Shown here: positions 28,239 through 37,720 of the stretch, piece by piece
Position numbering within the stretch: position 1 is the stretch's first letter
Layout of the letters: each line of letters begins with the position of its first letter
Assembly (NCBI GenBank): GCA_934096295.1
Contig: CAKOLL010000005.1
Coordinates: 16,761 to 80,760, forward strand
Source of the DNA: an uncultured Bacilli bacterium
GTDB taxonomy: Bacteria > Bacillota_I > Bacilli_A > RF39 > UBA660
Length of the DNA stretch: 64,000 bases
Reading direction: 5' to 3'
Translations under genes and position numbers: made by a program
Notes under the pieces: generated by a model
Told to the model about the DNA's origin: nothing
The model's input: only the letters and a program-made list of their open reading frames with translations
Database searches by the model: none

Positions 28239-28722
28239 TCCCGCTTTCTAAACTTTTCCTAACATCAATTAATCTTTGATTAGTACTTCCTCGAAACTTA
28301 CAATTTAAACTTTTTTTATCTAGCATAAATTTACCATCTACTAAAACATCAACATACTCTAACAAATCTCTTCTTTTTTTATCTCCATTAAGCAATGCTT
28401 CAAAAGTAAATCCTGTATAAGCCCAGACATTTAAACCAATACTCTTAGCAAATTTTGCTATTTCTAAGGCAGCCTCAGGTTGAAAAAAAGGATCTCCACC
28501 AGATAAAGTAATACCACTTTGATATTTCAAATTCTTAAGTTTCATTTTTATATCATCAATATCAACAACCATGCCACTATTCATATCATGAGTTTCAGGA
28601 TTTTGGCACCCTTCACAATTATGTAGACACCCTTGAAACCAAATTACAGTTCTAATACCAGAACCATCTAAAATACTATCTGGTTGTATATCTGCAGCAA
28701 GTCTAACTACCATTTTCTTCAC
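28216..28722 (-). CDS. nrdG: anaerobic ribonucleoside-triphosphate reductase activating protein (radical SAM, NrdG-like)
   Basis: CLHNCEGCQN cluster, a glycine-rich SAM motif, and small size (168 aa). Confidence 0.7.
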   Translation of the reverse strand: MKKMVVRLAADIQPDSILDGSGIRTVIWFQGCLHNCEGCQNPETHDMNSGMVVDIDDIKMKLKNLKYQSGITLSGGDPFFQPEAALEIAKFAKSIGLNVWAYTGFTFEALLNGDKKRRDLLEYVDVLVDGKFMLDKKSLNCKFRGSTNQRLIDVRKSLESGSVILYGI

Positions 28723-29629
28723 TTCTTTCTTTATGTCTTTTAACTAAATTATTTATTTTAATAAAATGATGATTAACACCAGATTTACCTATTTTATAAT
28801 TATTTTCTAAAGTAACTATATCTGCAAGTTCTTGCATTGATACCTCGGGATACTTTACTCTAGCATCTGCCACTATCCTAGTATTTTCCTCAAGTAGCCC
28901 AAATAAATCATGCTCTTTTAAATAATTTATATTTTCTAGTTGAATCTGTCCAGTTCTAAATGTCTTTTCTTGATTAGCAATTTCACAATTATTTAATCTA
29001 TTAACCATATTTTTATGATCTCGATAAATTCTTATATCTTCAAAATAAAAGAGTGAATTCGTCGCATGAAATCTTTTAATTAAATCACTAATACATTCAC
29101 TAGCTTTAATATATACAATATTTTTATAACCCCTTTTAATTAATTTTGCTTTAAGATTAAAATAATTTAACAAATTAAGTACTTGTTTTGCTAATCTTTC
29201 CTTCGTAAAAATAAATTCTAAGTGATATCCACTAGTACTGGGATTAGAAACATTACCTACAGCTAAAAACGCTCCTTCTAAAAATGCCATCTTTTCTTCA
29301 TCACTTACTAAATCATCAACTTCTATTTTTATTCCTACACTAATATCTTTCTTTATAAAATCTACTTTTTCTTTAATACTAAGAATATAAATTTGTTTTA
29401 CTTTAAATCTTTTTTGAACCCTAATTATTATTTTAGGATTAACTCCATATATTTCTTTTATTTCTCTATATATTCTTCTGACAATACTAGCATTTTCCAC
29501 AGTTATATTTATTTCTTCTTTACTAAATTTAGCAACACAATTCAAAAATGCCACAAGTTCATATCTTGCCTCTAAAACATTAATATCATTCTTAGCTATT
29601 TCCTCTTTTAAACTTGTTGTAAATGTCAT
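28703..29629 (-). CDS. whiA: sporulation/cell-division regulator WhiA
   Basis: 308 aa. Follows yvcK as in the conserved yvcJ-yvcK-whiA arrangement and has a C-terminal HTH. Confidence 0.8.
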   Translation of the reverse strand: MTFTTSLKEEIAKNDINVLEARYELVAFLNCVAKFSKEEINITVENASIVRRIYREIKEIYGVNPKIIIRVQKRFKVKQIYILSIKEKVDFIKKDISVGIKIEVDDLVSDEEKMAFLEGAFLAVGNVSNPSTSGYHLEFIFTKERLAKQVLNLLNYFNLKAKLIKRGYKNIVYIKASECISDLIKRFHATNSLFYFEDIRIYRDHKNMVNRLNNCEIANQEKTFRTGQIQLENINYLKEHDLFGLLEENTRIVADARVKYPEVSMQELADIVTLENNYKIGKSGVNHHFIKINNLVKRHKERSEENGS

Positions 29630-30585
29630 TTTTTACCATCCATTAAATAAGAAAACAATAAATAACCAGTTTTCAATGCATCATGTCTATACCAACCATC
29701 CTCTATTGTAAACAACTTATCTTGAATAACATAAACATTTTTATTATCTAATTCATGCATATCTAAAATGACTGGATCTTTTTGTTCTTCAGTTCTATAT
29801 TTTTTAGCTAAATCACTACTTATTAATTCATTATTAGCAATAACAATATCAATACTTCCTTTACCTAAATACTTTTCTAAATAATCTATATGATCTTTAA
29901 CTGTAAATCCATCGGTTTCACCGGGTTGTGTAAACAAATTACATATATATACTTTATCTCCTTTAGCTTTATTTATTACATTAACTAATCCTTTATCAAT
30001 TAAATGTGGAACTATACTTGTTAGCAAACTCCCAGAAGAAAATATAATTAAATCTGCTTCTTTAACAGCCTTAATTACTTTGGGATTTACGGTTATGTCT
30101 TTATCGTATTTTACCTCTACAATCTTACTTGCACATTTAGTTAATTGATGTTCTCCGACAACTTTTTTACCACTACTTGTAATACCTACTAAATTAACAT
30201 TATCTTCTGTCAAAGGCAAAATATTTCCTTTTACATCAAGTAGCTTTTCCATCACAGGCATTGCACTAGCAAAATTACCTTTCAAATCCATCAAGGCAAT
30301 TAATAACAAATTTTTAACAGAATGAATTCCTAAACTCTTTGATTTTGTAAATCTATAATTCATTAAATCAATTATATCTTGATTAGTATCTGCCATACTA
30401 AGCATTACCTTAGTTATATCACCAACCGCAGGTATCTTTAACTCACGACGAAGAAGCCCAGTGCTCCCTCCATTATCAGCAACAGACACCACTGCTGTAA
30501 TTTCCACCGGAAATAATTTTATTCCTTTTAAAAGTTGAGAAAGTCCACTTCCTCCACCAAATATTACAATTTTTTTCATAAGCAA
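29626..30585 (-). CDS. yvcK: gluconeogenesis factor YvcK (UPF0052, CofD-like)
   Basis: N-terminal IVIFGGGSGLSQLLKG motif. Confidence 0.8.
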   Translation of the reverse strand: MLMKKIVIFGGGSGLSQLLKGIKLFPVEITAVVSVADNGGSTGLLRRELKIPAVGDITKVMLSMADTNQDIIDLMNYRFTKSKSLGIHSVKNLLLIALMDLKGNFASAMPVMEKLLDVKGNILPLTEDNVNLVGITSSGKKVVGEHQLTKCASKIVEVKYDKDITVNPKVIKAVKEADLIIFSSGSLLTSIVPHLIDKGLVNVINKAKGDKVYICNLFTQPGETDGFTVKDHIDYLEKYLGKGSIDIVIANNELISSDLAKKYRTEEQKDPVILDMHELDNKNVYVIQDKLFTIEDGWYRHDALKTGYLLFSYLMDGKK

Positions 30586-30610
30586 TCACATTACTAGTGT
30601 ATCACATATC

Positions 30611-31498
30611 TTATAAAAATGGAATATTACTTCTTTTAACTCCACCATTTACTTCATAGCATTTATCGATAATCATAAATGCACTCGGATCTATTTCTAA
30701 AATTCTCTTTTTTAAATTATAATAATCATTATTTGATACAGCACACATAATCATAACCCCATTTTTATGTGAATATCCACCAGTGCCAGGGATAGTTGTA
30801 AATCCTGTTTCAAACTCTTCAAGAATTACCTTCTTAATTTTTCTTGTTTTTCTAGTATAAATATAAAATAATTTACTATCAGAAATACCAAACATAATTT
30901 TATCCACAAAGAATGTTGAACAATAAAGAATAATAAATGAATAAACACCTTTAGTAAATCCAAACACTAACATTCCAGATAAAATAATAAAACCATTAGC
31001 AAATAACATAGCTTTTGATTCACTAACCTTACAATACTTATTTATTATTTGCATAATTATATCAGATCCACCCGCAGTAAACCCACTTCTATATATAAAA
31101 CCACTACTTATTCCATACAAACATATAGCAAACAATAATGTTAAATAAAAATCTTCAGTTATTAAGTATGATGATAAAAAATTAGCAACAGGCATAGATA
31201 ATGTAACCATTAATGGATATAGTAATGAACCCACAATGTTTTTTTTAGTCGTTTTCCAACCTAAGAAAATAAAACATATTATTAACAATATAATATTTGA
31301 AACAAGTAAAAATATTGAGGGAGTCCAACCAAATAATCGTTGCATAACTATAGAAATACCACTAAAACCAGAAACAACTAAATCATTCGGAGTTAAAAAT
31401 AAATTAAAACACATCGCATAAAAAAATAAGCCAAAAACTAATGAACACCCATCAAAAATTATTTCTTTATAATTAATTTTTTCCATATCTTCAACCAC
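30611..31498 (-). CDS. YitT-family membrane protein (DUF161 repeats + C-terminal DUF2179)
   Basis: TM repeats followed by ...ILEIDPSAFMIIDKCYEVNGG. Confidence 0.65.
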   Translation of the reverse strand: MVEDMEKINYKEIIFDGCSLVFGLFFYAMCFNLFLTPNDLVVSGFSGISIVMQRLFGWTPSIFLLVSNIILLIICFIFLGWKTTKKNIVGSLLYPLMVTLSMPVANFLSSYLITEDFYLTLLFAICLYGISSGFIYRSGFTAGGSDIIMQIINKYCKVSESKAMLFANGFIILSGMLVFGFTKGVYSFIILYCSTFFVDKIMFGISDSKLFYIYTRKTRKIKKVILEEFETGFTTIPGTGGYSHKNGVMIMCAVSNNDYYNLKKRILEIDPSAFMIIDKCYEVNGGVKRSNIPFL

Positions 31499-31584
31499 TT
31501 TTCTATATTAATTATAAACTAATATTTATTTTTTAGCAATTATTATTAATAAAAAACATATATTGTTTTAGAGGTGAATAAAAA

Positions 31585-31953
31585 ATGAATGGTAATTTTT
31601 ATCAAAATCCAACATTTCCAAGTTCTAATTTTGGAACTCCACCAGGAAATATGTCAGTATCTGAGGTAAATAACAACAACAGTAACAGTTTACCAACAGA
31701 ACAAAGTTACATTGAAAACATCTTAAGATTAAACAAAGGAAGAAAAATCAAGGCATATGTCTCATATCCAGACAGTAGTGCATGGCAAAACAAAGTATAC
31801 GAAGGTATTATTGAAGAAGCAGGCAGAGATCATTTAATAGTGAGAGATAACACAAATAACCTTTGGTACTTAATCAGAATAATTTATTTAAATTATGTTG
31901 AATTCATGGAACCAATTATTTACTCACATAGTTTCTCAGAAAAGACATATTAA
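31585..31953 (+). CDS. gerQ: spore coat protein GerQ (YwdL family)
   Basis: SYIENILRLNKGRKIKAYVSY...EAGRDHLIVRD...YLIRIIYLNYVEF matches the GerQ core. It has a Q/N-rich N-terminus and is one of the few plus-strand genes. Confidence 0.65.
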   Translation: MNGNFYQNPTFPSSNFGTPPGNMSVSEVNNNNSNSLPTEQSYIENILRLNKGRKIKAYVSYPDSSAWQNKVYEGIIEEAGRDHLIVRDNTNNLWYLIRIIYLNYVEFMEPIIYSHSFSEKTY

Positions 31954-31961
31954 AAAAATAG

Positions 31962-31990
31962 CTGATAGCACAACCTATCAGTTTTAATTT
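31962..31990 (+). terminator. rho-independent terminator of gerQ
   Basis: CTGATAG-cacaac-CTATCAG hairpin followed by TTTTAATTT. Confidence 0.6.
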
Positions 31991-32001
31991 GCAAATTTCA
32001 C

Positions 32002-32069
32002 GAAAATGCCAGTTATCGACATATTTTCAGCACTTTAACTCACATTTTATGTCGATAACTGGCATTTTC
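32002..32069. repeat. perfect 21-bp inverted repeat (GAAAATGCCAGTTATCGACAT ... ATGTCGATAACTGGCATTTTC) with a 26-nt spacer between convergent genes
   Basis: Read directly from the sequence. There is no T-run after it, and the gerQ terminator lies separately upstream. Confidence 0.5.
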
Positions 32070-32076
32070 AGATATT

Positions 32077-32586
32077 TCAAAAATAGTATTTAAAATTATT
32101 CTTTTCTCTACCCAATGTACTTTTAGGTCCATGACCTGGATAAATAATTATATCATCGGGATATTCACTAATTTTTTCTAAACTTTTAATCATATCTATA
32201 TCATTACCTGTATCTAAATCAGTTCTTCCAATAGAACGATAAAACAAAAAATCTCCAGTAAACATAATTTTTTCATTTTTAAAATAAATACTTTTGCTAT
32301 CACTTGTATGACCCGGAGTTTCAATTACTTCATAATCAAAAACCTCACTTTTCACATTTTCTTCAAGTCCATAATATTTCTTTAATTCATCTAAAGCACC
32401 AATATGATCAAAATGATGATGAGTAACAATTATCTCAACAACATTTTTACCCATACATGCATCAATTATTCTATCAGCCTCATCACCCGGGTCAACAATA
32501 AAAGCATTATTTCCAATACTACAAACATAACAATTTTCTTGCAAAGCACCAACTACTAATACTTTAATATCCATTAATATCACCAA
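32077..32586 (-). CDS. MBL-fold metallo-hydrolase
   Basis: THHHFDHIG motif; 169 aa. Confidence 0.75.
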   Translation of the reverse strand: MVILMDIKVLVVGALQENCYVCSIGNNAFIVDPGDEADRIIDACMGKNVVEIIVTHHHFDHIGALDELKKYYGLEENVKSEVFDYEVIETPGHTSDSKSIYFKNEKIMFTGDFLFYRSIGRTDLDTGNDIDMIKSLEKISEYPDDIIIYPGHGPKSTLGREKNNFKYYF

Positions 32587-32599
32587 TTAAATATTACAC

Positions 32600-32790
32600 T
32601 ATTTTTCTTAAAAATAAAAGAGCAAAAGCTCTAATTTTGCACCTCGTTTGCCTAGCTCGAGGACGTGTTAGACAAACAATGACCTAAAGTACTAATTTAT
32701 CAAAACGGGGTTGCTCATACTTCCGCTCCCAGATTTACGGGTTATGAAAGGCTCAAGACTAAAAACCTACTTTTTCAAGCAACTTTTCAT
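32600..32790 (-). ncRNA. candidate structured leader or small RNA upstream of the MBL hydrolase gene, ending in an intrinsic terminator 15 nt before the RBS
   Basis: About 200 nt with no ORF, GC-enriched relative to its surroundings, with local stems (CCTCG...CGAGG). It ends in the hairpin AGAGCTTTTGCTCT plus a T-run immediately 5' of the gene's RBS, which is riboswitch/attenuator-like architecture. I could not assign a class. Confidence 0.2.
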
Positions 32791-32796
32791 ATTTTT

Positions 32797-34050
32797 TTAA
32801 AACCATTGTGTTCTTGAATAGAACCAACCACCTGCTGCGGGATAACCTTCGGGTTTCACAGCATTTGCCATCCAATTACTGATGAAGTACTTATTGTTAG
32901 CAATTTTACCTTTAGCAATACCAAAATGTAAGTGTGTACCAGTTGAACAACTTTCCCATTTTCTAGTACCAGCACCTCCACCTTGAAGACCAATAACAGT
33001 GTCCTTAGTTACAACATCTCCAGCTTTAACATAAACTTTCAACAAGTGAGCATATTGAACAGTATAATATTTACCAGCAACTTGCATCCAAATATATACT
33101 TGATTACCACCACAAGTTTTTGTTTTCTTTGTATTATAAGTATTTTCAGCATTAATAACCATTGCAACAGAACCAGAACCAACCGCATAAACTTTAGTAC
33201 CTTCACCATTACCACCGATATCTACCGCTTGATGAACCTTATAAGTACCAGGTTTTAATGGATTATTTCTAACCCCAAAATTACTATTTACTCTTCCTTT
33301 AATTAATGGTTTTAACCACATAGCATTTCCCATTACTCTAGAGCATTCATCTAAATCTTGATCTTCCTTACAACCCATTTGTTCATAAACTTTAATCAAC
33401 TCTTTTTGAGAATTTATCTGAGAGTTAATATCTAAAGCAATATCATTTAAATCTGCCAAATTATCTTGAAGACTATAAACCGCATCTTGATAAGCAATAA
33501 TATTTTTTTCTAAAGTTGTTTGATATTTTTTCATATCAACTTGTAATTGTTCATTTTCTTTTATTAAATCTTCTAATTCTTTTAATTTTTCTTGTTGATA
33601 ATTTGTTAATTCTTTAATTGCATCACTTCTCATTATTAATTCTGTCATATTTGATGATTCAGTAATAAATTCCATATAAACATTATTACTTAACATAACC
33701 TGATAATAAGCAATTAATTCTTTATTTTTCTCTTCTAACTCAGTTATCTTTTTATCAGTTTCTTCAATTAAAACTTTTGCATTTTCTATTTTTTCTTTAC
33801 TATTAGTAATCTCTTGATTAGCATTATTTATTTCATTTTTCTTTGTATTTATTTGACTTTGTGTTAAATTCTTTTTACTATCATTTGCTCTTTTTTGAGC
33901 TTCCAAGTCTTTTAAATCAGCCCTTAATCCTGCCAAAGTATTCGCAGACTTTGCATAAGCTTCAGATGGTTTAAATATAAAACATGAAACAAATATAAAT
34001 ATTGCTAAAATATATCTTACAAAGTAACTACTTAATTTTTTTATACTCAT
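32797..34050 (-). CDS. M23-family peptidase with an N-terminal signal peptide and long coiled-coil (EnvC/PcsB-like FtsEX-associated hydrolase)
   Basis: C-terminal M23 motifs HQAVDIGG and HLHFGIAKG, a coiled-coil N-terminal half, and a position directly after ftsX. Confidence 0.8.
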   Translation of the reverse strand: MSIKKLSSYFVRYILAIFIFVSCFIFKPSEAYAKSANTLAGLRADLKDLEAQKRANDSKKNLTQSQINTKKNEINNANQEITNSKEKIENAKVLIEETDKKITELEEKNKELIAYYQVMLSNNVYMEFITESSNMTELIMRSDAIKELTNYQQEKLKELEDLIKENEQLQVDMKKYQTTLEKNIIAYQDAVYSLQDNLADLNDIALDINSQINSQKELIKVYEQMGCKEDQDLDECSRVMGNAMWLKPLIKGRVNSNFGVRNNPLKPGTYKVHQAVDIGGNGEGTKVYAVGSGSVAMVINAENTYNTKKTKTCGGNQVYIWMQVAGKYYTVQYAHLLKVYVKAGDVVTKDTVIGLQGGGAGTRKWESCSTGTHLHFGIAKGKIANNKYFISNWMANAVKPEGYPAAGGWFYSRTQWF

Positions 34051-34052
34051 AG

Positions 34053-34991
34053 TTACACCTTCAAATACTTTCTTACAGCTTTAATACTACCATACATACC
34101 TACTAAAGCACCAATAGCTACAACTATTAAAGATACCCAAAATACAAATGGATACGGTTTAATTAACATAATCATATTTGAAAATAATTTACCATGCATT
34201 CTGGAATAAAGAATTACATATCCATAAATAGTAATACAAACTGGAATAATTGACCCAATTAAACCAATTATGAACCCTTCAAATAAGAAAGGTAATTTAA
34301 TTGTAATATTACTTGCCCCAACTAATCTCATAATTTCAATTTCATTTCTTCTACTAAATATAGTTAGTTTGATTGTATTACTTATTAAGAAACTTGTTAC
34401 TACTACTAAAGCAATTACTACAACTACTACTATTTTTTGTACTATATCAAATACAGATATTACTTGTTCAACCATACCTTCTCCATATTTAACAGTATCA
34501 ACCCCATTTATTGCTTTAATATATTCACTTGTTTCACTTAATTTTTTAACATCATTTACTTTTAATACAAATGAGTCCATTAATGGATTTTCATCTAAAT
34601 AATTTAATACAGTTTTAAATGAATCATCATATTCACTCATTTCTAATTTCCATTCATCTTTACTTTTAAATGTTACTTCTTCAACATTCTTATAACTTGA
34701 TATTTCGCTTTTAATATTTTCAATTTGTTCTTCGGTTACATCTTTTTTTAAATAAGTAACAATTGTTAATTCATCTTCAATTAATTTTGTAGCATTATTA
34801 ACATTTGCTGCAGCAACTACAGCCACTGCCACAAGAATTAAAGTAATTGTGGTACACATAATTGATGCAAAACTCAAAGAAAAGTTTCTAACAACACTCT
34901 TGAACGCATCTCTTATACTTCTAAAAAATATTCTAAACGCTCTCATTTGTCTTATAACTTCCTTTCGCATAATCACCAACAAGTACTCCAT
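34053..34991 (-). CDS. ftsX: cell-division ABC transporter permease FtsX (true start probably internal at 34946 or 34970)
   Basis: Four TM segments with a large extracellular loop; follows ftsE with an overlap. Confidence 0.85.
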   Translation of the reverse strand: MEYLLVIMRKEVIRQMRAFRIFFRSIRDAFKSVVRNFSLSFASIMCTTITLILVAVAVVAAANVNNATKLIEDELTIVTYLKKDVTEEQIENIKSEISSYKNVEEVTFKSKDEWKLEMSEYDDSFKTVLNYLDENPLMDSFVLKVNDVKKLSETSEYIKAINGVDTVKYGEGMVEQVISVFDIVQKIVVVVVIALVVVTSFLISNTIKLTIFSRRNEIEIMRLVGASNITIKLPFLFEGFIIGLIGSIIPVCITIYGYVILYSRMHGKLFSNMIMLIKPYPFVFWVSLIVVAIGALVGMYGSIKAVRKYLKV

Positions 34992-35634
34992 GATTAATTA
35001 CTAGAACTCTTTTTTTCATTCTATTTACTATATCTTTATCATGAGTTGCCATAATAATTGTTGTGCCTAATTCTTTATTAATTTTTTCAATTACATTCAT
35101 AATTTCTTCACTAGTTTTAGGGTCCAAATTACCAGTTGGTTCATCACATATTAAAAGCTTGGGTTCATTAACAATAGCTCTAGCTATACAAACTCTTTGT
35201 TGTTCTCCACCAGAAAGTTCTCCAGGAAAAGACCTTACCTTTTCTTTTAAACCTACTCTTTCCAGAGCATTCATGACTTTAGGTCTAATTTCAGAACCTT
35301 TCATACCAATACATTCCAAAGCAAAAGCTACGTTTTCATAAACCGTAAGTCTAGGTAATAACTTAAAATCTTGGAAAACAATTCCTTCTTTTCTTCTTAA
35401 TTTATATACTTTTCTATTTCTAAGTTTTCCCACATTTAAACCACCTACAAAAACCGTTCCCTTCGTAGGTTTTTCTTCTCTATAAAGCATTTTAATAAAT
35501 GTTGATTTCCCACTTGCAGTAAGACCTATAACAAATACAAACTCACCCTTACTAACCTCCACTGACATATCAGCAACAGCAGTTATACCATTTTTATAAG
35601 TTTTATTAACATTTTTTAATTCTATAAACTTCAT
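34933..35634 (-). CDS. ftsE: cell-division ABC transporter ATPase FtsE
   Basis: Walker A GLTASGKST, signature LSGGEQQRVCIAR, Walker B LLICDEPTGNLD. Start set at MKFIELKN (35634), which is preceded by a GGTGGAGG RBS; the longer listed ORF begins upstream. Confidence 0.9.
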   Translation of the reverse strand: MKFIELKNVNKTYKNGITAVADMSVEVSKGEFVFVIGLTASGKSTFIKMLYREEKPTKGTVFVGGLNVGKLRNRKVYKLRRKEGIVFQDFKLLPRLTVYENVAFALECIGMKGSEIRPKVMNALERVGLKEKVRSFPGELSGGEQQRVCIARAIVNEPKLLICDEPTGNLDPKTSEEIMNVIEKINKELGTTIIMATHDKDIVNRMKKRVLVINHGVLVGDYAKGSYKTNESV

Positions 35635-35763
35635 AGGATCCTCCACCATAATTATATCATTAAATAAATATTTTATAAATGGCAAATTTATGTAATTTAC
35701 ACTTATTTGTTTAACTTTTCTTGCTTACATACCATAATTCTAATATAATAATTACATACGGAG

Positions 35764-37383
35764 ATGATATTTTTGAAAAAAAACGAATTTATCGAAGGTG
35801 CTTTAATAGCAACAATTGCTATAATTTTATCTAAAATACTCGGAGTACTTTATGTAATTCCTTTTTATAATATAATCGGTGAAAACGGTGGTTCTCTTTA
35901 TGGATATGCCTACAACATATATAACTTCTTTCTAATTATATCTTCTGCAGGTATACCTTTAGCTATAAGCAAGATTACTAGTGAATACAATACTTTAGGA
36001 AAATTAAAAGAAAAAACATACATGTTTAAGTATTCAAAAAAAATTATTAGAATATTTTCTATTGTATCATTTTGTATATGCTTTTTCGGAGCAAACTTAA
36101 TAGCTAATACAATCGTCGGAGATTTAACTGGTGGAAATACTGTATCAGATGTTGCTTTTGTAATTAGAAGCGTATCATTTGCCATATTAGTTGTACCTCT
36201 TTTAAGTATTTTTAGAGGTTACTTACAAGGTCATCATTATATAGCAGCCCCATCAATTGGTCAAGTAATTGAACAATTTGTCAGAGTTCTAGTTATAATT
36301 GTTGGTTCCTACTTAGCACTTAAAGTATTCCACTTAACAACTGCAGAGGCCGTAGGTATCGCCGTATTCGGAGCTTGTGCCGGGGCTTTAGTTTCATATC
36401 TATACCTTCTTATTAAAACAAACAAAGTAAAAAAAGAATTATTTGTACCCTACGAAGAAGTATCTGCAACTGAAAAGAAAACAATCTTAAAAAAATTAAT
36501 TGGATACTGTATTCCATTTATAATTATAAATGTTGCTAATAGTATTTATAACACTGTTGATATGATTCTAGTAATCAAAGGATTAAATTGGATAGGTTAT
36601 CCAGCCCAAGATATTGAAACAATTTCATCAGTATTTACCACCTGGGGAAGTAAACTAGTGAGTGTAGTAACAGCAATTGCAACTGGACTTGTAATAAGTT
36701 TAATACCTACAATCGTAGAATCATATACAAAAAAAGATATGAAAGAAGTAAACTCTCAATTTAATAAAACGTTGCAAGTTTTGCTTTATGTAATCCTCCC
36801 TTTATCAATATTCTTAAGTATATTTTCAAAACAAGTATGGACAATATTTTATGGTGAAAGTTTCTATGGACCATTAATATTTAAATATACCATCCTTCTT
36901 GCCATATTAGATTCTGCTTACATAATGATATGTAGTGCCCTTCAAGGACTATCTAAAACAAAACTAATTTACATCTCTTGTGCAACTGGTCTAATTACCA
37001 AAACAATATTAGATATACCATTAATATTCTTATTTAATAAATTAGGCATTTATCCATTCTATGGTGCAATACTTGCAACAACAATTGGTTATTTACTATC
37101 ACTTGCTATTCCGCTTTACACTTTACATCACAAATATAACTTTAGTTACAAAGAAACACTAAAATCAATACCAAAACTAATAGTAACTATTGTTATCTTA
37201 GTAATAATATGCTTAATACTTAAACCACTAATATTTAATCATATAACAAGAAAGCTACCAATGTTACTTGCCCTAGCAGGTATTGGGCTTGCCTCTTTAA
37301 TACTTTATTACATAATGAATAAAGATTTATTAAATGAACTCGTTGGTAACAGACTAATAAATAAATTTAAAAGAAAGAAATAA
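35764..37383 (+). CDS. MOP-superfamily polysaccharide/lipid-II flippase (MurJ/SpoVB/Wzx family), 14 TM
   Basis: 539 aa with a polytopic topology typical of SpoVB/MurJ. Confidence 0.6.
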   Translation: MIFLKKNEFIEGALIATIAIILSKILGVLYVIPFYNIIGENGGSLYGYAYNIYNFFLIISSAGIPLAISKITSEYNTLGKLKEKTYMFKYSKKIIRIFSIVSFCICFFGANLIANTIVGDLTGGNTVSDVAFVIRSVSFAILVVPLLSIFRGYLQGHHYIAAPSIGQVIEQFVRVLVIIVGSYLALKVFHLTTAEAVGIAVFGACAGALVSYLYLLIKTNKVKKELFVPYEEVSATEKKTILKKLIGYCIPFIIINVANSIYNTVDMILVIKGLNWIGYPAQDIETISSVFTTWGSKLVSVVTAIATGLVISLIPTIVESYTKKDMKEVNSQFNKTLQVLLYVILPLSIFLSIFSKQVWTIFYGESFYGPLIFKYTILLAILDSAYIMICSALQGLSKTKLIYISCATGLITKTILDIPLIFLFNKLGIYPFYGAILATTIGYLLSLAIPLYTLHHKYNFSYKETLKSIPKLIVTIVILVIICLILKPLIFNHITRKLPMLLALAGIGLASLILYYIMNKDLLNELVGNRLINKFKRKK

Positions 37384-37386
37384 TTT

Positions 37387-37617
37387 ATGAATATATCAAG
37401 ATTAAAAGAAATTAGAGAAGATAAGGATTTAAATCAAAGTGATATTGCAAAAGCTTTAGGAATAAAACAACAACAATATAGTGAATATGAAATTGGCAAA
37501 AGATTAATACCAATCAACTATCTATCAGATTTAGCAGATTATTATGATACTTCAATAGATTACTTATTAAGTAAAACAGATGAAAGAAAACCTTATCCTA
37601 AATCAATTCTAAAATAA
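37387..37617 (+). CDS. XRE-family HTH transcriptional regulator (76 aa)
   Basis: Helix-turn-helix QSDIAKALGIKQQQYSEYEIGKR. Confidence 0.65.
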   Translation: MNISRLKEIREDKDLNQSDIAKALGIKQQQYSEYEIGKRLIPINYLSDLADYYDTSIDYLLSKTDERKPYPKSILK

Positions 37618-37687
37618 ATAATTTTAAAACATTAAATTTTCGATATACCATTTTTAAGATATTGTTGACCCATTTTTAAAAAACAAA

Positions 37688-37713
37688 AAAACTCTCGAAA
37701 TTTATTGAGAGTT
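37688..37713 (-). terminator. rho-independent terminator of gap
   Basis: AAACTCTC-aataaatttc-GAGAGTTT followed by TTTTTT on the minus strand. Confidence 0.6.
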
Positions 37714-37720
37714 TAATTTA

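Noticed and set aside
28216-28722. An NrdG activase implying a missing adjacent nrdD as a notable anomaly
   Set aside because: nrdD and nrdG are not always adjacent, and the class III reductase may be elsewhere in the genome. There is no sequence-based reason in this window to call it unusual.
32600-32790. tmRNA (because of a GCAAACGA-like stretch), 6S RNA or SRP RNA in the MBL-upstream intergenic region
   Set aside because: It is too short for tmRNA, has no tag-like reading frame ending in ALAA and no CCA 3' end. It lacks the SRP domain IV motif, which I did find elsewhere at 61761-61837. I saw no convincing 6S-like end-to-end pairing. It is kept only as an unassigned leader/sRNA candidate.
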